Source: Balanoglossus misakiensis (taxonomy: Eukaryota > Animalia > Hemichordata). From it: a stretch of 64,000 nucleotides of DNA. Numbering within the stretch: position 1 is the first letter of the stretch; each line of letters starts with the position of its first letter. The DNA is taken from NCBI GenBank assembly GCA_040954595.2, contig CM082588.2, forward strand, positions 7,279,947-7,343,946, in the 5' to 3' direction. A program made the position numbers and the translations under genes. Shown piece after piece: positions 26,980 to 50,288 of the stretch. The notes under the pieces were generated by a model. The model had not been told where the DNA came from and searched no databases. It worked only from the letters and a program-made list of their open reading frames with translations.

Positions 26980-29900
26980 ATGTTTCAGGTTAGTAGTTGG
27001 TTCGGTTACAACACCGAAAAGGAGGCTGTGGAAGAAAAGAGCGAGAAAGTCGAGGGCGAAACGGAGACGTCATCACCAAGTCGTGGCACTGCCACTGCTG
27101 GTACAGAGGAATCCGACCATCCCACAGAGGAAACCAAAGAGACTACAACTGATCCGACAGAGGAAAGAAAAGAAGAGGAGGGCGAGAAGGGACCATCTTT
27201 GGCAGATTTGACAGGAAACGTATCTGCAGAAGCCGCTATTAACAGCGCAAAGGAGTGGGGAAGTAAGTGTATGATCGAGTTGTAGAATGTACATTGCATT
27301 ACACCACTGCACTGCAGCCCGTTATATTCGCTTTGATGATGACGGTGACCATCTATCAATGCCATCTTCTTATGCAACGCTCCCTTTGATGCGATTTAGC
27401 TGAGAGTAATGCTTAAGTAGTATTCCCATCTTAAGCATCAGTCATTCTCCTTAACAATACCAAATTGATTTTAATTAAATGAAAGATGTTTCCAATTGTG
27501 TTTTGTTACTTTGTAGAAATGTACAGGTGTGGTCATGGAGGTGTGTTTGTGGAAAGTGTAGTAAACAATTGTATCTCTCATCAGCGGTACAATGTTATGC
27601 CATAATAATTCCAGCATTGTAATATTATTATGTTGTATTCTTTCTAGGTTACCTCTTCAATTTTGCCAAAGAAGGAACAAAGGTGGTTACAGAAACTGCA
27701 ACTAAGACAGCACATTATTTGAAAGAAACTGTTGAGGAAAAGGTATGTGAAATCCATCATAGTCAATTGCATTCATTTCACAGTTTCATCACTACTAGTA
27801 CTAGTCAATGAGATGAAAACCTTTGTATCTCACCACATATCAAAGTTTCCAATAAAATACAAAACATACCATCCCATATTCACATTTTTAAAAATTAAAA
27901 TGATGCTTATTCTTCAAGAATAGGACAAAGTATATCATATATTTTTGTAAACAAACCTAAACATTAGCACTGCGTCATTGTTTAATATTTCAGCTACGCA
28001 ATGTGACACAGATTTTGCTTCATTGTGTACAGCTGTATTTATCATGTGATGTAGCGCTTGTGAAGCTGAGAGGGTTTTTGTTAATCTCATGAATATTAAT
28101 GACACTCAGTTGCTGCATGTATTTTGATTGCCATATATTGAGGTCTCAGTTCCACAGCTGTTGTATGGAGAATTATGAGTCACTGTGTGTCGCAGTTTAT
28201 ATTTTGTCTTTTTTTTAAATTGAGACCTTTTTTTCACAATTATTCTGTTATACAGTGTGTTTAAATACAAAGCTTCAGTTTCAACTGTAGTCTCACAAAT
28301 GCCAATTGCTTTCTGAGTATACAGTGTGATTATCAATGTGATTACCAACTGTCAAAACTGAGACATGCTGTCTGTGATTTGCGTTAATGAAAATGCAGGG
28401 TTGCGTGTCCTTTTCCAAGTTCTCTTTACAATGTGCATCCTCCTCAAACATACACCAGATTTTGTTTTCTTTGTATTCAAATCAAAATGTGGTTCAAGGA
28501 AATCTGCTCAGTACATGTAGAAATAAACTGTTTACATGCAGAGAGAGACAGAAATCCTCAGATTACAGAACAGCTGTGGGTGGAATTAAATTTTGCAGAG
28601 ATCAGAAGGACCCTGCTGCAATATACTGACCTTAATATAAACTACATGTCACGTTCCTTGATGTACCTGTACATGTAGTGTGCACTCATGCAGTCCCCAA
28701 ACAGACGACACGTTAAGTGCTGGAAGTTGTTCGACAAGTCAAATCATGCATGCAAATGCAAACACCTAACAGACAGATACCTACAGTGTACAGTACAGTG
28801 CAGTACAGTACAGTACATGTATAAATGATCATAATATTTGTTGAAGGATATTCATTTATATAAAGCTGCATTTGTAAATGCATCCTTAGAACTGATGCAC
28901 ATATGGAGTGATGGCCAGTAAACCACAGCTGGCAAAGGTTACCTGCTATGTGAATACATCTCCTTTGCTGCGCTCTGGACTGTTGGTCTAGCTACTTGAA
29001 AACTTGTCAGGAATTGACAAGGATTTCTGTCATTCACACCCTATTCCAGCAGTTGTCGTTTGTGTTGTGTATTTTCTCCATCATATGTTCCTGTTTTACT
29101 AATTTAAATAGAGCAAATAGTATTGACATACATCATGTAATATTGTAGTTCAAGTTGATTAAGCATGCAAAAGAAATAATGGCCTGTATTATCTTGTGTC
29201 ACATCAGACTATTCTGGGTGACTTTCAAAAGGAACAAGAGAAATTTGTCAAAGAGAAACACAAACGATCGGACGCTGCTGTACCTCCATGGGTTGGTTAC
29301 AATGAAGAGGAACAGATGAAGCAACAGATCTTGTCATTATCACAGGTAACGGAATAGCCAACTGTCAGTCTGAAATCTTCTACCATTAGCCCTTTCACCA
29401 ACATGGTTCAGTCCAAACCCATTGTTTTCTATAGTAAGGTTGGACCTCTAAAGAGAGAACTGGGGGTGAAAGGGCTAGACAACTAATTACATGTATCTCC
29501 AGGCTAGCATTTCAAATATCTTTAACATGCTTGACTGTGGGATGAAGCAGGACTAAAATCGTTTGCAATTCTTTTGCAGGACAAGAGAAACTTTCTACGA
29601 AATCCACCAGCTGGCGTGCAATACAACTTTGACTTTGAAAGCTGTTTCCCTGTTGCCATGGCAACACTAGCTGAAGATGAAAACTTGAAGGCTATGAGGT
29701 TCAACCTGGTACCAAAACAGTGAGTACTGTTGTGCAATTATGTACACTTACATTGACTTTACTTAGAACCAAATACACCAGTACCAAGAATTGGGAATAG
29801 TATGATCTTGGAACATAAATGTAGTGTGGAAAGTGTGTTGCAGTTTCAATTGTCAGGCTATAACTATGCTGCATTCCAGTCTAGTGATAATAGCCACCAG

Positions 29901-32327
29901 ACTATTATAAGGTGCTTTGTATTCTTTCTTCCAGGGTCAAAGAGCACAACTTCTGGCGGAATTATTTCTACAGGGTGTCCCTAATAAAGCAGTCCTCGCA
30001 GCTGACATCACTAGCTGCCGAGACTGGTAAGTGTCAAGTGAATTGTTAAAACACTGAGTGGAGTTGCTTCGAGTTCACACTTGGGGGCTTGTGATTTATA
30101 ACTAGGGTCGCAATGTACATTGAAACAGCTCTATATCAGGCATCGCTGAAGTCGAGCACCATGGAGTTGTTTACATGTGGCGTTTGTGTTTGACTTTAAC
30201 ATCACTGTAATACACCCATGCTTTGCAACTTACTGCCTCTTCTGCTATAGCCTTCACATGAGGAAGTAACCCATGGCAAAATCAGGCCAAATATGCATTC
30301 GGCTGGCAAATACTGATGCTATTATACTTGTATGGACTTACGATTTGCACAGGTCGCAATGAAATTCCAACATATGGCAATATAGGTGCACATACTCCAA
30401 CCAGATACACATGTTGTACTAACACCCACCATATATATATACACACACACACACTCACTGCAGTCATCATCTATAATCTCACCAGGTGACACTGGCAGCA
30501 CAAGTAAATCCAGCTCCAGAAGATCATCAACAGAAAAAGGTAGAACTGATACACAAAATTACGGTCAAACCTGTGCAAAGTCAGCCCTGTCTAATCCGGA
30601 TACCTGTGCATACTGAACACATCTTCCTATCCCCTTCTCATAGGACACTGTGTTAATCTGAAAACTCTTAAATCTGACCTCTTCAAGCCAAACAATTTTC
30701 TTCATATGTGTATGGACTAGATAGGGTTTTTTGTACCTTTATGGCTATTGATAAAAACTCTTTGGTGATGCCATACTTTTGGAAGGTGAATTACCCTAGA
30801 AATTATCACAGCCTGCTGTATGGGCAAAAGGACTTAGATTGTTATAAAACTGATGTATTTTTACAAGGGATAGCATGGCATGATAAGGTACATGTTGTCA
30901 ATGTTATCTGCTTTGCTGATGCTTTTTAACACACATCAGTCTAACACAAAAACAAATATTCATCAACGATTTCATAACTAAATCAACTGAAAATGTAACA
31001 AGCAATTGCTAGTGTGTTCATATGACAATGTGTATGACATACATGTATAATTACCCAATTATAAGCGCCACCAAAATGTGAACTGTTGCAAATTGGAGCT
31101 TACAAGGAAAACACTGAATCTCCTGTCTGTTTATGTTGGTAGATTCCAACCACTCACAACCCATTGATATCGCCGACGGCAACAAAAAAGATGACGATGA
31201 CCTCCCTCCAGACAGCCCTACCAACGAATTTATCAGCGACGCGTTCAGTTCTGAAGTGGACCAGGCAGATATACAGAAAGGAATGCAGCAATTAGGAATG
31301 GACAAGACAAAAGAACAAAGTCAAGGCACTAAGGGTAATTTGTGTAGTGTTAAACATATAAAATGATTTCACGATCAGTATTGTTGTTGTTGGAAAATGC
31401 CTAATGGTATTCAAGTCCAGAGTAATTGTATGTTGCCAGTGCAGATTTGACAGGAACTTATCACTTTAATTTGAAATTAAAAGAGCTCCTAATTGGGTTC
31501 TCGATACGTTGTAGATACAATTAGATCTTCTGATATATAAATCATATAGACTAGTGTTCTTATTGCTGTAAATTAAAGATGAGTAACATTTACCGGTAAT
31601 CCTCATCAAACTACATGAATCATCAAATTCTACATTTTTGTTAACAGATGCTGATGATGATGTTCCAGAATGGGAAAAAGAACTTCAACAAGAACTCCAG
31701 GTAAATCTCTTCATAACCCTCACACAAAATATTATACAATGGGATATTCTACAAGGTGTAATTTGTTAAGCCTTTTACCAGACATGATCGATATTACCAG
31801 AGCTTTGCTGTTTGGATGTGGATCATGGATGTGAATGGCAGTTCAATTTGTCTTCCAATCGGATGTATAAGTGATTGCAAGTTATGATATTGTAGTTTAT
31901 GTACATACACTGTGACACAGCTATCCTACTATAAAACGGACTGAAGTGCAACAAGTTAAGTAATCGCCAGTTGTGTGAAGCCTGTTTCCTGTTGTGGTGA
32001 CTTGCAATCACTGATAACAATAAATTTAAACACTCCAGGTTTGGAACAACAGTGACCTTTGATAATTTCTGTTAGTGATGACCATGCTACAAAAGTTTTC
32101 ACTGCATTGTCTATAATGCAGGCATTATTATATTACTGATCAAAGATATACTTCTTATGGATAGAGTATCACTTGTATTACATGTAGTGGCAGCAGCATC
32201 AGTTCTGATGGCTTACAAGGATCTCTTTTCTTGACAGGAATACGAGGTCGTTGATGGCGAAGGAGCAGGGGACAATGAACAGTGGGAAGACGAAATCAAC
32301 CAGATGCTTGAAGAAGAGACACAATAA
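26980..32327 (+). CDS. SYAP1: Synapse-associated protein 1 (BSD domain), 9 coding exons
   Basis: Exons 26980-27262, 27648-27742, 29208-29345, 29580-29719, 29935-30026, 30486-30539, 31143-31334, 31648-31700, 32238-32327. Motifs [79 protein letters not shown] (BSD), [22 protein letters not shown]. Confidence 0.95.
29386..29478 (+). mobile_element. piggyBac-like MITE (family A) in a SYAP1 intron
   Basis: CCCTTTCACC...GGTGAAAGGG with mutated flanks (TTAG/CTAG). Confidence 0.75.
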
Positions 32328-34577
32328 ACTGAAATAGCTTTATCAAAATAATAGTATTTACATTCCCAGCTACGAGAAGCCACGGTCCTTGTCGTAAAAA
32401 AACTTACCCACAATGCATCAACCAATATGGCGTCCATGCAAAGGGTCTTGATCTGGCACAAATTTGCGATTCGTAAAACCAATGGAAGTAAAGGTGTAAT
32501 ATTAAGATGGAGTGGCAATGAGGGTTGTATTTTATGCAGTTTACTAATGAACAGAAATTGCATGACGGTGTTTAATAATAGTTTATTGTATTTTTATGGT
32601 TTTCCGTAATAGTTTGAGCATACTGAAATCAGATTTATATTTGGAGGAAGTTTTGTTCTAACACTGAAATGAGCAACAGAAAGTTGAATACCTGTGATAT
32701 ATCAGCAAGGGTCAAGTCACCATGTAAATATTTGCAAGAAATGTGGATTAAATATGGTAATGGTCCATGGATTGCAACTTTTGCATTTAGTCAGCAGAGG
32801 TCTGAAGTCGTGTTTCATTCACTAGAAATGCAATAAACATGCTAATAATTTAATAGCAAAAGTGATAGCAATTATTTATGCTTATGATGTTACTCTGTTT
32901 ACGCAAAAACTAAATCTGTCAGTTTTATTTCTTGTTCTATGGTTATACTGCTGTTGAATCACAACCTGTCTTCACCGGGAGAAATACTTCCAACATTCTT
33001 GGAATAATCTGTGACGATTCAGATATCAATGGGGGAACATGGGGGTCACAATTATATTATTTTTTATTCCAACTCTGTAGTGTTAAAACTTATAGTTCCT
33101 GCTTTCATATTCAGTTGTATGTATTTGCATGTATATAGAAATACCATTACACTGGTCAGTGTTACTGCTAGGGAATAGGATACCAGATTTGGTGGGGTTA
33201 ATTCGAATATGGTCAATAATCTGTCGTCTATTATTAAATATGTAATATAAAGTTATAAAAATCCTTTTTTTTCCTTTGTTTTCTTTATTGATGTAAGTAT
33301 GGTATATTGGAATTGACTTGACAAAATAGTATACAAGAACCGTGAACCATAATTATCCAGTGTGTTTATGTTGGCTTCCCAAATATGATCGTAAACTATC
33401 AGTCTCAATAAATTGTACATGTATGTATCTCTGAGAATGTTACAATGAAAGTGGTTTGAGCTGCACAGGTGAAATGGAGTGGCCGTCTTTTTTTTCATCA
33501 ATCCAGTCGATAAGAAACGTCTGGTGATTGTATAAATAATTGTCAGTCTCACAAAGACTGTATTGACTCCAGGGAATGATTTGGTTGTGTTTTGTTTAGG
33601 GCAATGCATTCTTGTCTCAAAAGCATTCATTGCAGTCCAGACCATTTTCGCCTTGAATGTGAAAGGTAGACTTTATTTGTGGTAGTGTTGATCAAAACAT
33701 CGTTGATACATTCCTCCTGTGCAGCTAGGACTGTTTTCATTGCATAAATCTGACTCTTCTGTGTGTACAAAACCTTCCAGGTATATTTGATCAGTTATAT
33801 AATTCTGAAAGTACAACTTTTGTTTCTTTTTAATTTGACAATTGCAAGAATGTACCGTTACATTGACATATTCTAATAATACACCTGTCTGTGACATTGC
33901 TAGAGTTTTGAATCGGTTCAGAAAGTCTCAAGTTCTCTTTGGTCAAAGCTGTGACAGGTAACAGTGTTTTTTGATGCAATGACTGTTTTTAAAGGTAAAC
34001 ATTGGTTAAAACTCGATTATGGTGTCATCATTAATTGCCAAGGTTTTCTGAGTTGTTTAAAGCTACAGTATCTCTGTTTCATCATCGAAGCTGAGTTTAA
34101 ACATGTCAAGGTATCAGTATAGAGCATGTTGTGTTCTGGCCGTAAAACTTGGAAACAACATTCTGCCTGAAGGATTTACATCTCACTCAGTGGAGTTGAG
34201 CTAGGGAGACATATTTATTTCTCCACCAATCATGCCGCTGTAAGTGTGCTTATTTGCATTATTGTATGCTAAATACAGTGACTCCCCAGCAAACTGTCAA
34301 AAAATTGGAAATAATCCAGACAAAATCCGACGTAATCACAGCTTTATTTGGGAGACAGACGACTCATTTCCCCTCCAATCATTTTGACCAAACCAGTGCA
34401 TGTTTTAATAGGAGGTTTATTTCCATTTTATGTACATTGTAAATCATTTGTACTTTGGTTTATGTTATTATTAAACAGTTTCAGGGAAATAAAAGAAAAT
34501 CTGATGAAACTATGGAGATGTTACTGGATGTTTTTCTTACTCTTCTTTTTGTGAATCATGTTGAATGTAGAAGATGG

Positions 34578-34795
34578 TTCTGATAGGTGGAGCCTCATCA
34601 TGTGACGCTTCAGGCCACCGATTCTGATAGGTGGACCCTTATTATGTGACACCTCAGGCCACCGATTCTGATAGGTTGAGCCTCATCATGTGATGCTTCA
34701 GGCCACCGAATCTGATAGGTTGAGCGTCATCATGTGACGCTTCAGGCCACTGATGATAGGTGGAACCTCATCATGTGACGCTTCAGGCGACCGTT
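34578..34795. repeat. 44-bp minisatellite, about 5 units, overlapping the C2H2 gene stop codon
   Basis: Unit TTCTGATAGGTGGAGCCTCATCATGTGACGCTTCAGGCCACCGA starts at 34578, 34622, 34666, 34710, with a shortened unit at 34754. Confidence 0.95.
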
Positions 34796-36335
34796 CTTTT
34801 TGAAAGTCTTGTCACATTGGCTGCACACAAACGGTCCTTGGTGCGAGTGAATTCTCTGCATGTGTCTCTTGAGGGTGCCATTGCGTGCAAAGGTTCTACT
34901 ACACTGAGAGCACGAAAAGGGCCGCTCATCTGAGTGACTCATCCTATGTCTTGTCAGATCTCCGCTGTGTACAAAGGCTCTGCCACATTCAGGACATGCA
35001 AATGGTCTTTCATTTTTATGAATCCTCATGTGTAGACTTAGACTTTCACGCCACGCAAACGTTTTACCGCATTCAGGACACTCAAATGGTCTTTTATTTG
35101 AGTGGGTCTTCATGTGATTGTCGAGACTCCCTCGCCGTGTAAATCTTTTATCACATTCACTGCATCCAAAGGGTCTTTCATTTGAATGGATCACCATGTG
35201 TCTCTGCAGATGACAACTCCGTTTAAATGATTTACTGCATTCGCTGCAGGAAAATGGTCTTTCATCGGAGTGGATGGTCATGTGTCTCTGAAGACTTACA
35301 GAACTTTTAAAAGTCTTGCCACATTCATTGCATGAAGGTTGTTTCTGTTTCGATTGTCGAAACTGCTTATTTCTAGATTTCTGACGTTGGTTTGATTGCT
35401 CTGCAGATGTGAATGTTTTGTTTACCACACTTTTCAACTTTGGTAGACTCTGACTGCTTGTATGTATCTTTTGAGTTGAAAAATTATCCTGATGACTGGT
35501 GGAGTCCCTTTCTCCAAGTTCACCTTGACATTTGTTGCCATATTGCATCTCTGGTAACAGCTGACCTCCAAAGTCGTCCTCACTTGAACCCACTTCAATT
35601 GACATACAGCCATACTGTACAAGGACTTGAATAATGAGTGACACGTCTGCAAGATGAAAAGAAATTTGGGTAACAGACAGAACCCCATCAAATACTGTCA
35701 GAGTTTTAACCCTTTCACTACTATGGTTCAGTCCAAACCCATTGTTTTCTATGGTAAGGTTGGACCTCTGATCTGAAGAGGGAACTGGGGGTTGAAAGGG
35801 TTAAAGCTCAGAGCCAAACAACCATCACATATTAAGATCAATAAAGACAGTTGTTTGAATCTTTAACAAACACTGTGTCAAGTAATAAAAGACGTGTCAC
35901 TTACCAGTCTTTGACAAGTTATCACCTTCAACGTGCTGTCTTAATTTGCCACACACATTTTCAAACAATCTGCCAAGTTCGTGTAACATATTTGAACGTC
36001 TGAACTTCTCACATATCTGAGAACATTCTAGAAAATAACAGGGATAAGACAAATATGAAAACTTTGCAATTATTTCCTGCGAAGGTCAGAATGTTTATGA
36101 CTTGCACTGGCGGCCGACAAAAAGTAAAGCACCTACCCAGACTTGAAAATTGACAACACGGACCGATTTGGCCATTTTGGGATGTGTTCAGATCCGCGCC
36201 ACATGTACATGTAGCATCACCAGCTCCGTCTGAACTGATATCCACGCGTATCCCATCATCAGTTGCCTTGGTTTGACCGCTTAAAATGTCATTAAATTCA
36301 ACAACGAATGGTCCCGGCAGTTTCTGGTAGAACAT
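34742..36335 (-). CDS. C2H2 zinc-finger protein (7 tandem fingers) with a Cys-containing N-terminal region, 3 coding exons
   Basis: Exons (minus) 36335-36137, 36027-35905, 35646-34742 join in phase 1/1. Seven CxxC-x12-HxxxH(or x4) fingers with S[DN]ERPF-type linkers. The two 5' exons are inferred from splice sites and frame. Confidence 0.85.
35706..35804 (+). mobile_element. piggyBac-like MITE (family A) in the C2H2 gene intron
   Basis: TTAA-CCCTTTCAC...TGAAAGGG-TTAA. Confidence 0.8.
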
Positions 36336-36470
36336 CGTGGCACGCTTGAATTTCGCGGGGTGCAACTGTCATGCATGTGCACGTCGCTGATGCGGATCCA
36401 TCTGCTGCAGTAACCTTTGACCTCTGCGTGTAACTTTCGAGAGGGCGCTCATTTGCCGTGACGTCATAAC

Positions 36471-36480
<10 letters not shown>
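36336..36480. promoter_or_regulatory. Compact bidirectional promoter between the C2H2 gene and taxilin
   Basis: Perfect CRE TGACGTCA at 36459-36466 and YY1-like AACATGGCCGC at 36468-36478 in a CpG-rich stretch between divergent ATGs 36335 and 36471. Confidence 0.55.
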
Positions 36481-46445
<9,965 letters not shown>

Positions 46446-47602
46446 ACTTTGTGTGTTCTTTCCACTTTTGGATAAAAAAATCACTGAAAATCAGTATTTT
46501 TTCTCATCATTCTGTTTTTTTTCTCTCAACTTTTCTATACCGAATTGTAATGCTTTTTTTGCTTTGTCTTATAGTATTGTTCTCAGTGATTGTCCGATAT
46601 CGACAGACTGATATTGCATTGTTTTGTAAGTCAACAACTGAATCACTGTTATCATTTCTCTGTGACTTTGCAACTCGATTAATAATTCCTCATAAAATCA
46701 GATTTAAGATCCCACAAAAATCACACTGCATTCTTATTCATACCCCAGTATTAAAAACATGAAGGATATTAAACATAACAGTACATCTATATATTACCAT
46801 CTATTGTGGAATTGTATTTCTGAAAAATCTTTGATAATTTCAAGCTTGAATAAAAAAACACAGGATCATTGATTGAATCAACCACAGTTGTTTTCTTCAA
46901 AATCCATTAAAAATTTTCCCTGCTGAAGAATTGTACCTTTTGCTCTGAAAACTCGTAAATTCCTTTCATTAAATTGGCTTTTGCAGTACTCTGAAATATG
47001 TAACAGCGTCATTTATACAAGAATAATCAAAATGAAAAATTGTTTCTTTTCTGCTCTTTGTCTACTCATGTGATCAGGGAATTAATAAATAAACTTACAA
47101 GCAATAAGTCAAGTTTGTGTGATTGGTTGTGTTTGTATATTGGATGGATCTTGTTTGTTGCAATGGATAGAACTGGCTGTGTCATGATAAGTAGGTTCCC
47201 AACTTGTGTGAGAAATCTTAAATCTCAGGTCCTTGGGGTGTGAGATTTTGTAAGTCATTACTCTGTGTTTTGTATGTGTCAGTCATTCTAGTGAAATTTA
47301 ATAAGAACTTTTCTGTTCCATGTGATGCATGGATTAACTTTTTATGATATATCACCTGGATCGTTCAGATTGAACTACTGAGAGTTTGGATTTAAGTCAA
47401 CAACAACTACATGTATAACTTTATTGCATGGCTACGAAACTTACAACAGCCCATAATATTCAGATATCAAGTTTACTTCCACTCTCGATAGAGGGCGGTA
47501 AATATCTCTACACGACAGCTATATCTCAGTGCTGTGTACAAAAGTAAAAAAATCAAAGATTTGCTCTATAGTACTTTTATAAAAAATGTTTTCAGAAGCC
47601 AT

Positions 47603-48018
47603 TTAAGGATGTATGCGCAGAACATAAACCGGAAACACTGCGCGCCCGGTCTTTTTCCCATAGGATTACATTGATAATCGCTAGAAAACAAACTTCTACT
47701 ATTGTCATTTTCACGAAATTTTACAAATAGCTCAGTCTAGCAAATATAAATGCATTGGTCAAATAAAATATAGGGGTCACCGCGCTCTATTTTGAGATAA
47801 ATTGCGTTAAATATTTTGCCCATAGACAAACCATTGGTAAAAAATGCTGAGTCAGCAGATTTCTTCTATTATCGACCAAATTCATGGCTCTGTATTTCAT
47901 AAACAAGCGCGGTGACCCCTATATTTTATTATGGATTTTCATTATACATACAAAGGAGAATAAAAAAATCCACAATTAAAAGACAATACTTTCAATTTTA
48001 CTGAACGTACATCCTTAA
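47603..48018. mobile_element. Kolobok-like non-autonomous element (second family)
   Basis: TTAA-GGATGTATGCGCAG...CTGAACGTACATCC-TTAA with internal inverted AAAATATAGGGGTCACCGCGCT repeats. Confidence 0.75.
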
Positions 48019-48093
48019 AAGACGAAGTAAGTGTGCAATCCAGCACAGAAGTATCTATACACAGCAACATTAGGCCAGCAAAAAGAATGAACA

Positions 48094-48291
48094 TACTGTA
48101 AAACACTTTTTTCGTGAGTCAAAATTTTCGCGATATCGAGAGAGGCCACTGTTACGCAAGTATTAATTTTCGCGTTTTCACACATTGTTCTTTCACAACT
48201 ATATGTACGCGAGTCTTTATTTTTGTGTTTTTTTGGCTCTCGTGTATTTAGCGTAAATTTAATGCTCGCGAAAATAAAGTCTTTTACAGTA
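48094..48291. mobile_element. Tc1/mariner-like MITE (family B)
   Basis: TA-CTGTAAAAC...CTTTTACAG-TA; internal GAGAGGCCACTGTT shared with the 8049 copy. Confidence 0.8.
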
Positions 48292-48830
48292 GTCAATATG
48301 CCTGAAAGCCTATATAAGTACAAGGATTGCCATCTGGATAATTGTCAATGAAAATTATGAAAATAAAATAGGATATTTCAAACTTTATCCTTTCCTTTAC
48401 AAGTATTTCAAATAGAACAGGGGTTTAATATATGTGCTCAATTATTATTTTGCAGGTAAAAACAGTCCTTGGGTATCTGGGGAAAAAATTCAGTGTCCTT
48501 TTGAACAGAGTGAAATTTTCCAAGAAAGTTATGAAATAATGATAATCCAGTCTTGATTTTATAAAAGCTTGTACACGTACTTAAATTTCTCTGTGATTTT
48601 GACACCCATCAAAAAATGAGTTTGACCAATTTTATGCAGGCCCAAAAAAACATTCTTGACCATCAGAATTCAACAGTACCCCCTTTTCCCTGGTAATGAT
48701 GGGATAACATCACATTAACTGACTCTGGGAGATTTCAGATCTTAGTACTACAAACTTAAGTAAATATGTTTTGTTGCATTGGAAATTTACAAAATGGGCC
48801 AAGGAAAGTCGCCAAGGAGTGCACTAATAG

Positions 48831-48949
48831 AATTTCACACTCCCAAGGACCTGGGTTTTTATTTCTCACATGAGTTGGGGATTTGCAGCGAGAGTGGGAC
48901 AAAAAAATCCCCAATGAGTGTGAGAAATAGGTCCTTGGTGTGTGAGATT
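48831..48949. repeat. Palindromic (fold-back) dispersed repeat
   Basis: Left arm TTCACACTCCCAAGGACCT...TTTCTCACA...TTGGGGATTT mirrors right arm AAATCCCCAA...TGTGAGAAATAGGTCCTTGGTGTGTGAGA. Related half copies lie at ~47196-47250 and ~4756-4776. Confidence 0.6.
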
Positions 48950-49394
48950 CTATTTCTCACACGACCAAAAAATAAGCAAAATTCAAAATTCACGCGGCGT
49001 ACTTGAAACACATCAACCACGGCTTCTCGACGACCACGGGGCTCTGCAAAGTTCCGACTGCAGTCACAATCTTCATATCAATACAGGCACCACAGAAGAC
49101 AGGCAAATCACCGAGCGAAGTAACCAGCAGAGATACACCTGGCCATGAAAACAAAGCAAACATTAACAAACATCATCACACTATACACAAAGCATTGGTG
49201 AAAAATCCTGAGTTTTCTTCTATTTTCGACTAAATTCGTGGCAACCCTATTATTTTAGTGAAATTTAATGCACAGTTGCCAATTTTCACGTCAAGAGTTT
49301 TTACTATAATTCCCCTATAGGGCTGCGAACACACCAGTCAACCTAGCAGCACCTGCTACAATCATTGCAGCTATAATAAAACCATATCTCCCAC

Positions 49395-50288
49395 TTACTC
49401 TTCTGGAAAAGGCGTCATTTGTCCGTGCTTGAGACACTCTTGGATATGTTTCCTCATTAGTCTCTTATCCCACCGCAATACTCTAGGATCCTGTCCGCAG
49501 AATAAAGCGACAGCATATGCAATGGCAAACACACCACAATCATTAGAGCCACTCTCTTGTTGCTGCACAGCTGGCCATTTCACTCCTTCTATGTTTGTGA
49601 ACTTGTCACATAATTTTTCCTTGAGTTTAGGTCGACGTATATAATCTGAATCATAGACATTTATGATATTAGGGCTGCCTCTTAGGATTGAAATAGTTAT
49701 CCAGTGGCACATGTACCAGATGATCTTCACGAAACATATTTCTGAGCGGTCGTGTTTGCCAGCGACTCTCGAGACATCCAAGTTTGTATCTGGATGTTGC
49801 TGGTGTAACCGGTCTTGACACCAATTAATGATGTCTTCTCCCAAACATGCTGGACTGTCCAGCTTTGACAGCATCTTATCTTCTTCTGTGTCATAAAGGG
49901 AAAGGCTGCAGAACTTCTCTACTAGATCACCAACTTCTGTATGTTCTGTGCCAGATGAGCTGCGAAAACGGCTTGCATTAAAAGCGTTGGATGTACCAGG
50001 AGACTGGTCAGTTGAAGATATTCCAGGAGAGATGAAACTCTCACGTCCTGTGGCTACCTCATCATTTCCAAACATCGGCGTGTATTCACTGGTGTTCTCC
50101 ATTCCAGGACCGATTTCAGAACCTTGATTTATGGGTAGATATATTGGGGTGTTTGTACGACTTGTGACGAGCAGCTCCGAGTGGATACTATCCTCATGCG
50201 ACTGTGAGCAGACACATGACCTGGCTGACTGACCCGGATGTATATAGTAAATTATTAGTGTTGAAAAAGAATAATTGCATGAATTCAA
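49395..50288 (-). CDS. Ulp1/SENP-like cysteine protease (peptidase C48) domain ORF, of the type often carried by transposons
   Basis: HWITIS (His), VYDS (Asp), QQQESGSNDCGVFAIAYA (oxyanion Gln and Cys) and the tail GQDP...MRKHIQECL...MTPFP. A likely ATG is at 50102. A GA|GTAAGT donor overlaps the stop, so the 3' end may be spliced. Confidence 0.75.
   Translation of the reverse strand: MNSCNYSFSTLIIYYIHPGQSARSCVCSQSHEDSIHSELLVTSRTNTPIYLPINQGSEIGPGMENTSEYTPMFGNDEVATGRESFISPGISSTDQSPGTSNAFNASRFRSSSGTEHTEVGDLVEKFCSLSLYDTEEDKMLSKLDSPACLGEDIINWCQDRLHQQHPDTNLDVSRVAGKHDRSEICFVKIIWYMCHWITISILRGSPNIINVYDSDYIRRPKLKEKLCDKFTNIEGVKWPAVQQQESGSNDCGVFAIAYAVALFCGQDPRVLRWDKRLMRKHIQECLKHGQMTPFPEE

Noticed and set aside
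29652-29665. Perfect X-box palindrome GTTGCCATGGCAAC
   Set aside because: Lies in SYAP1 coding sequence (VAMAT) and is explained by the codons.
34578-34795. CRISPR-like array
   Set aside because: Units are contiguous with no unique spacers, the context is eukaryotic and there are no cas genes.
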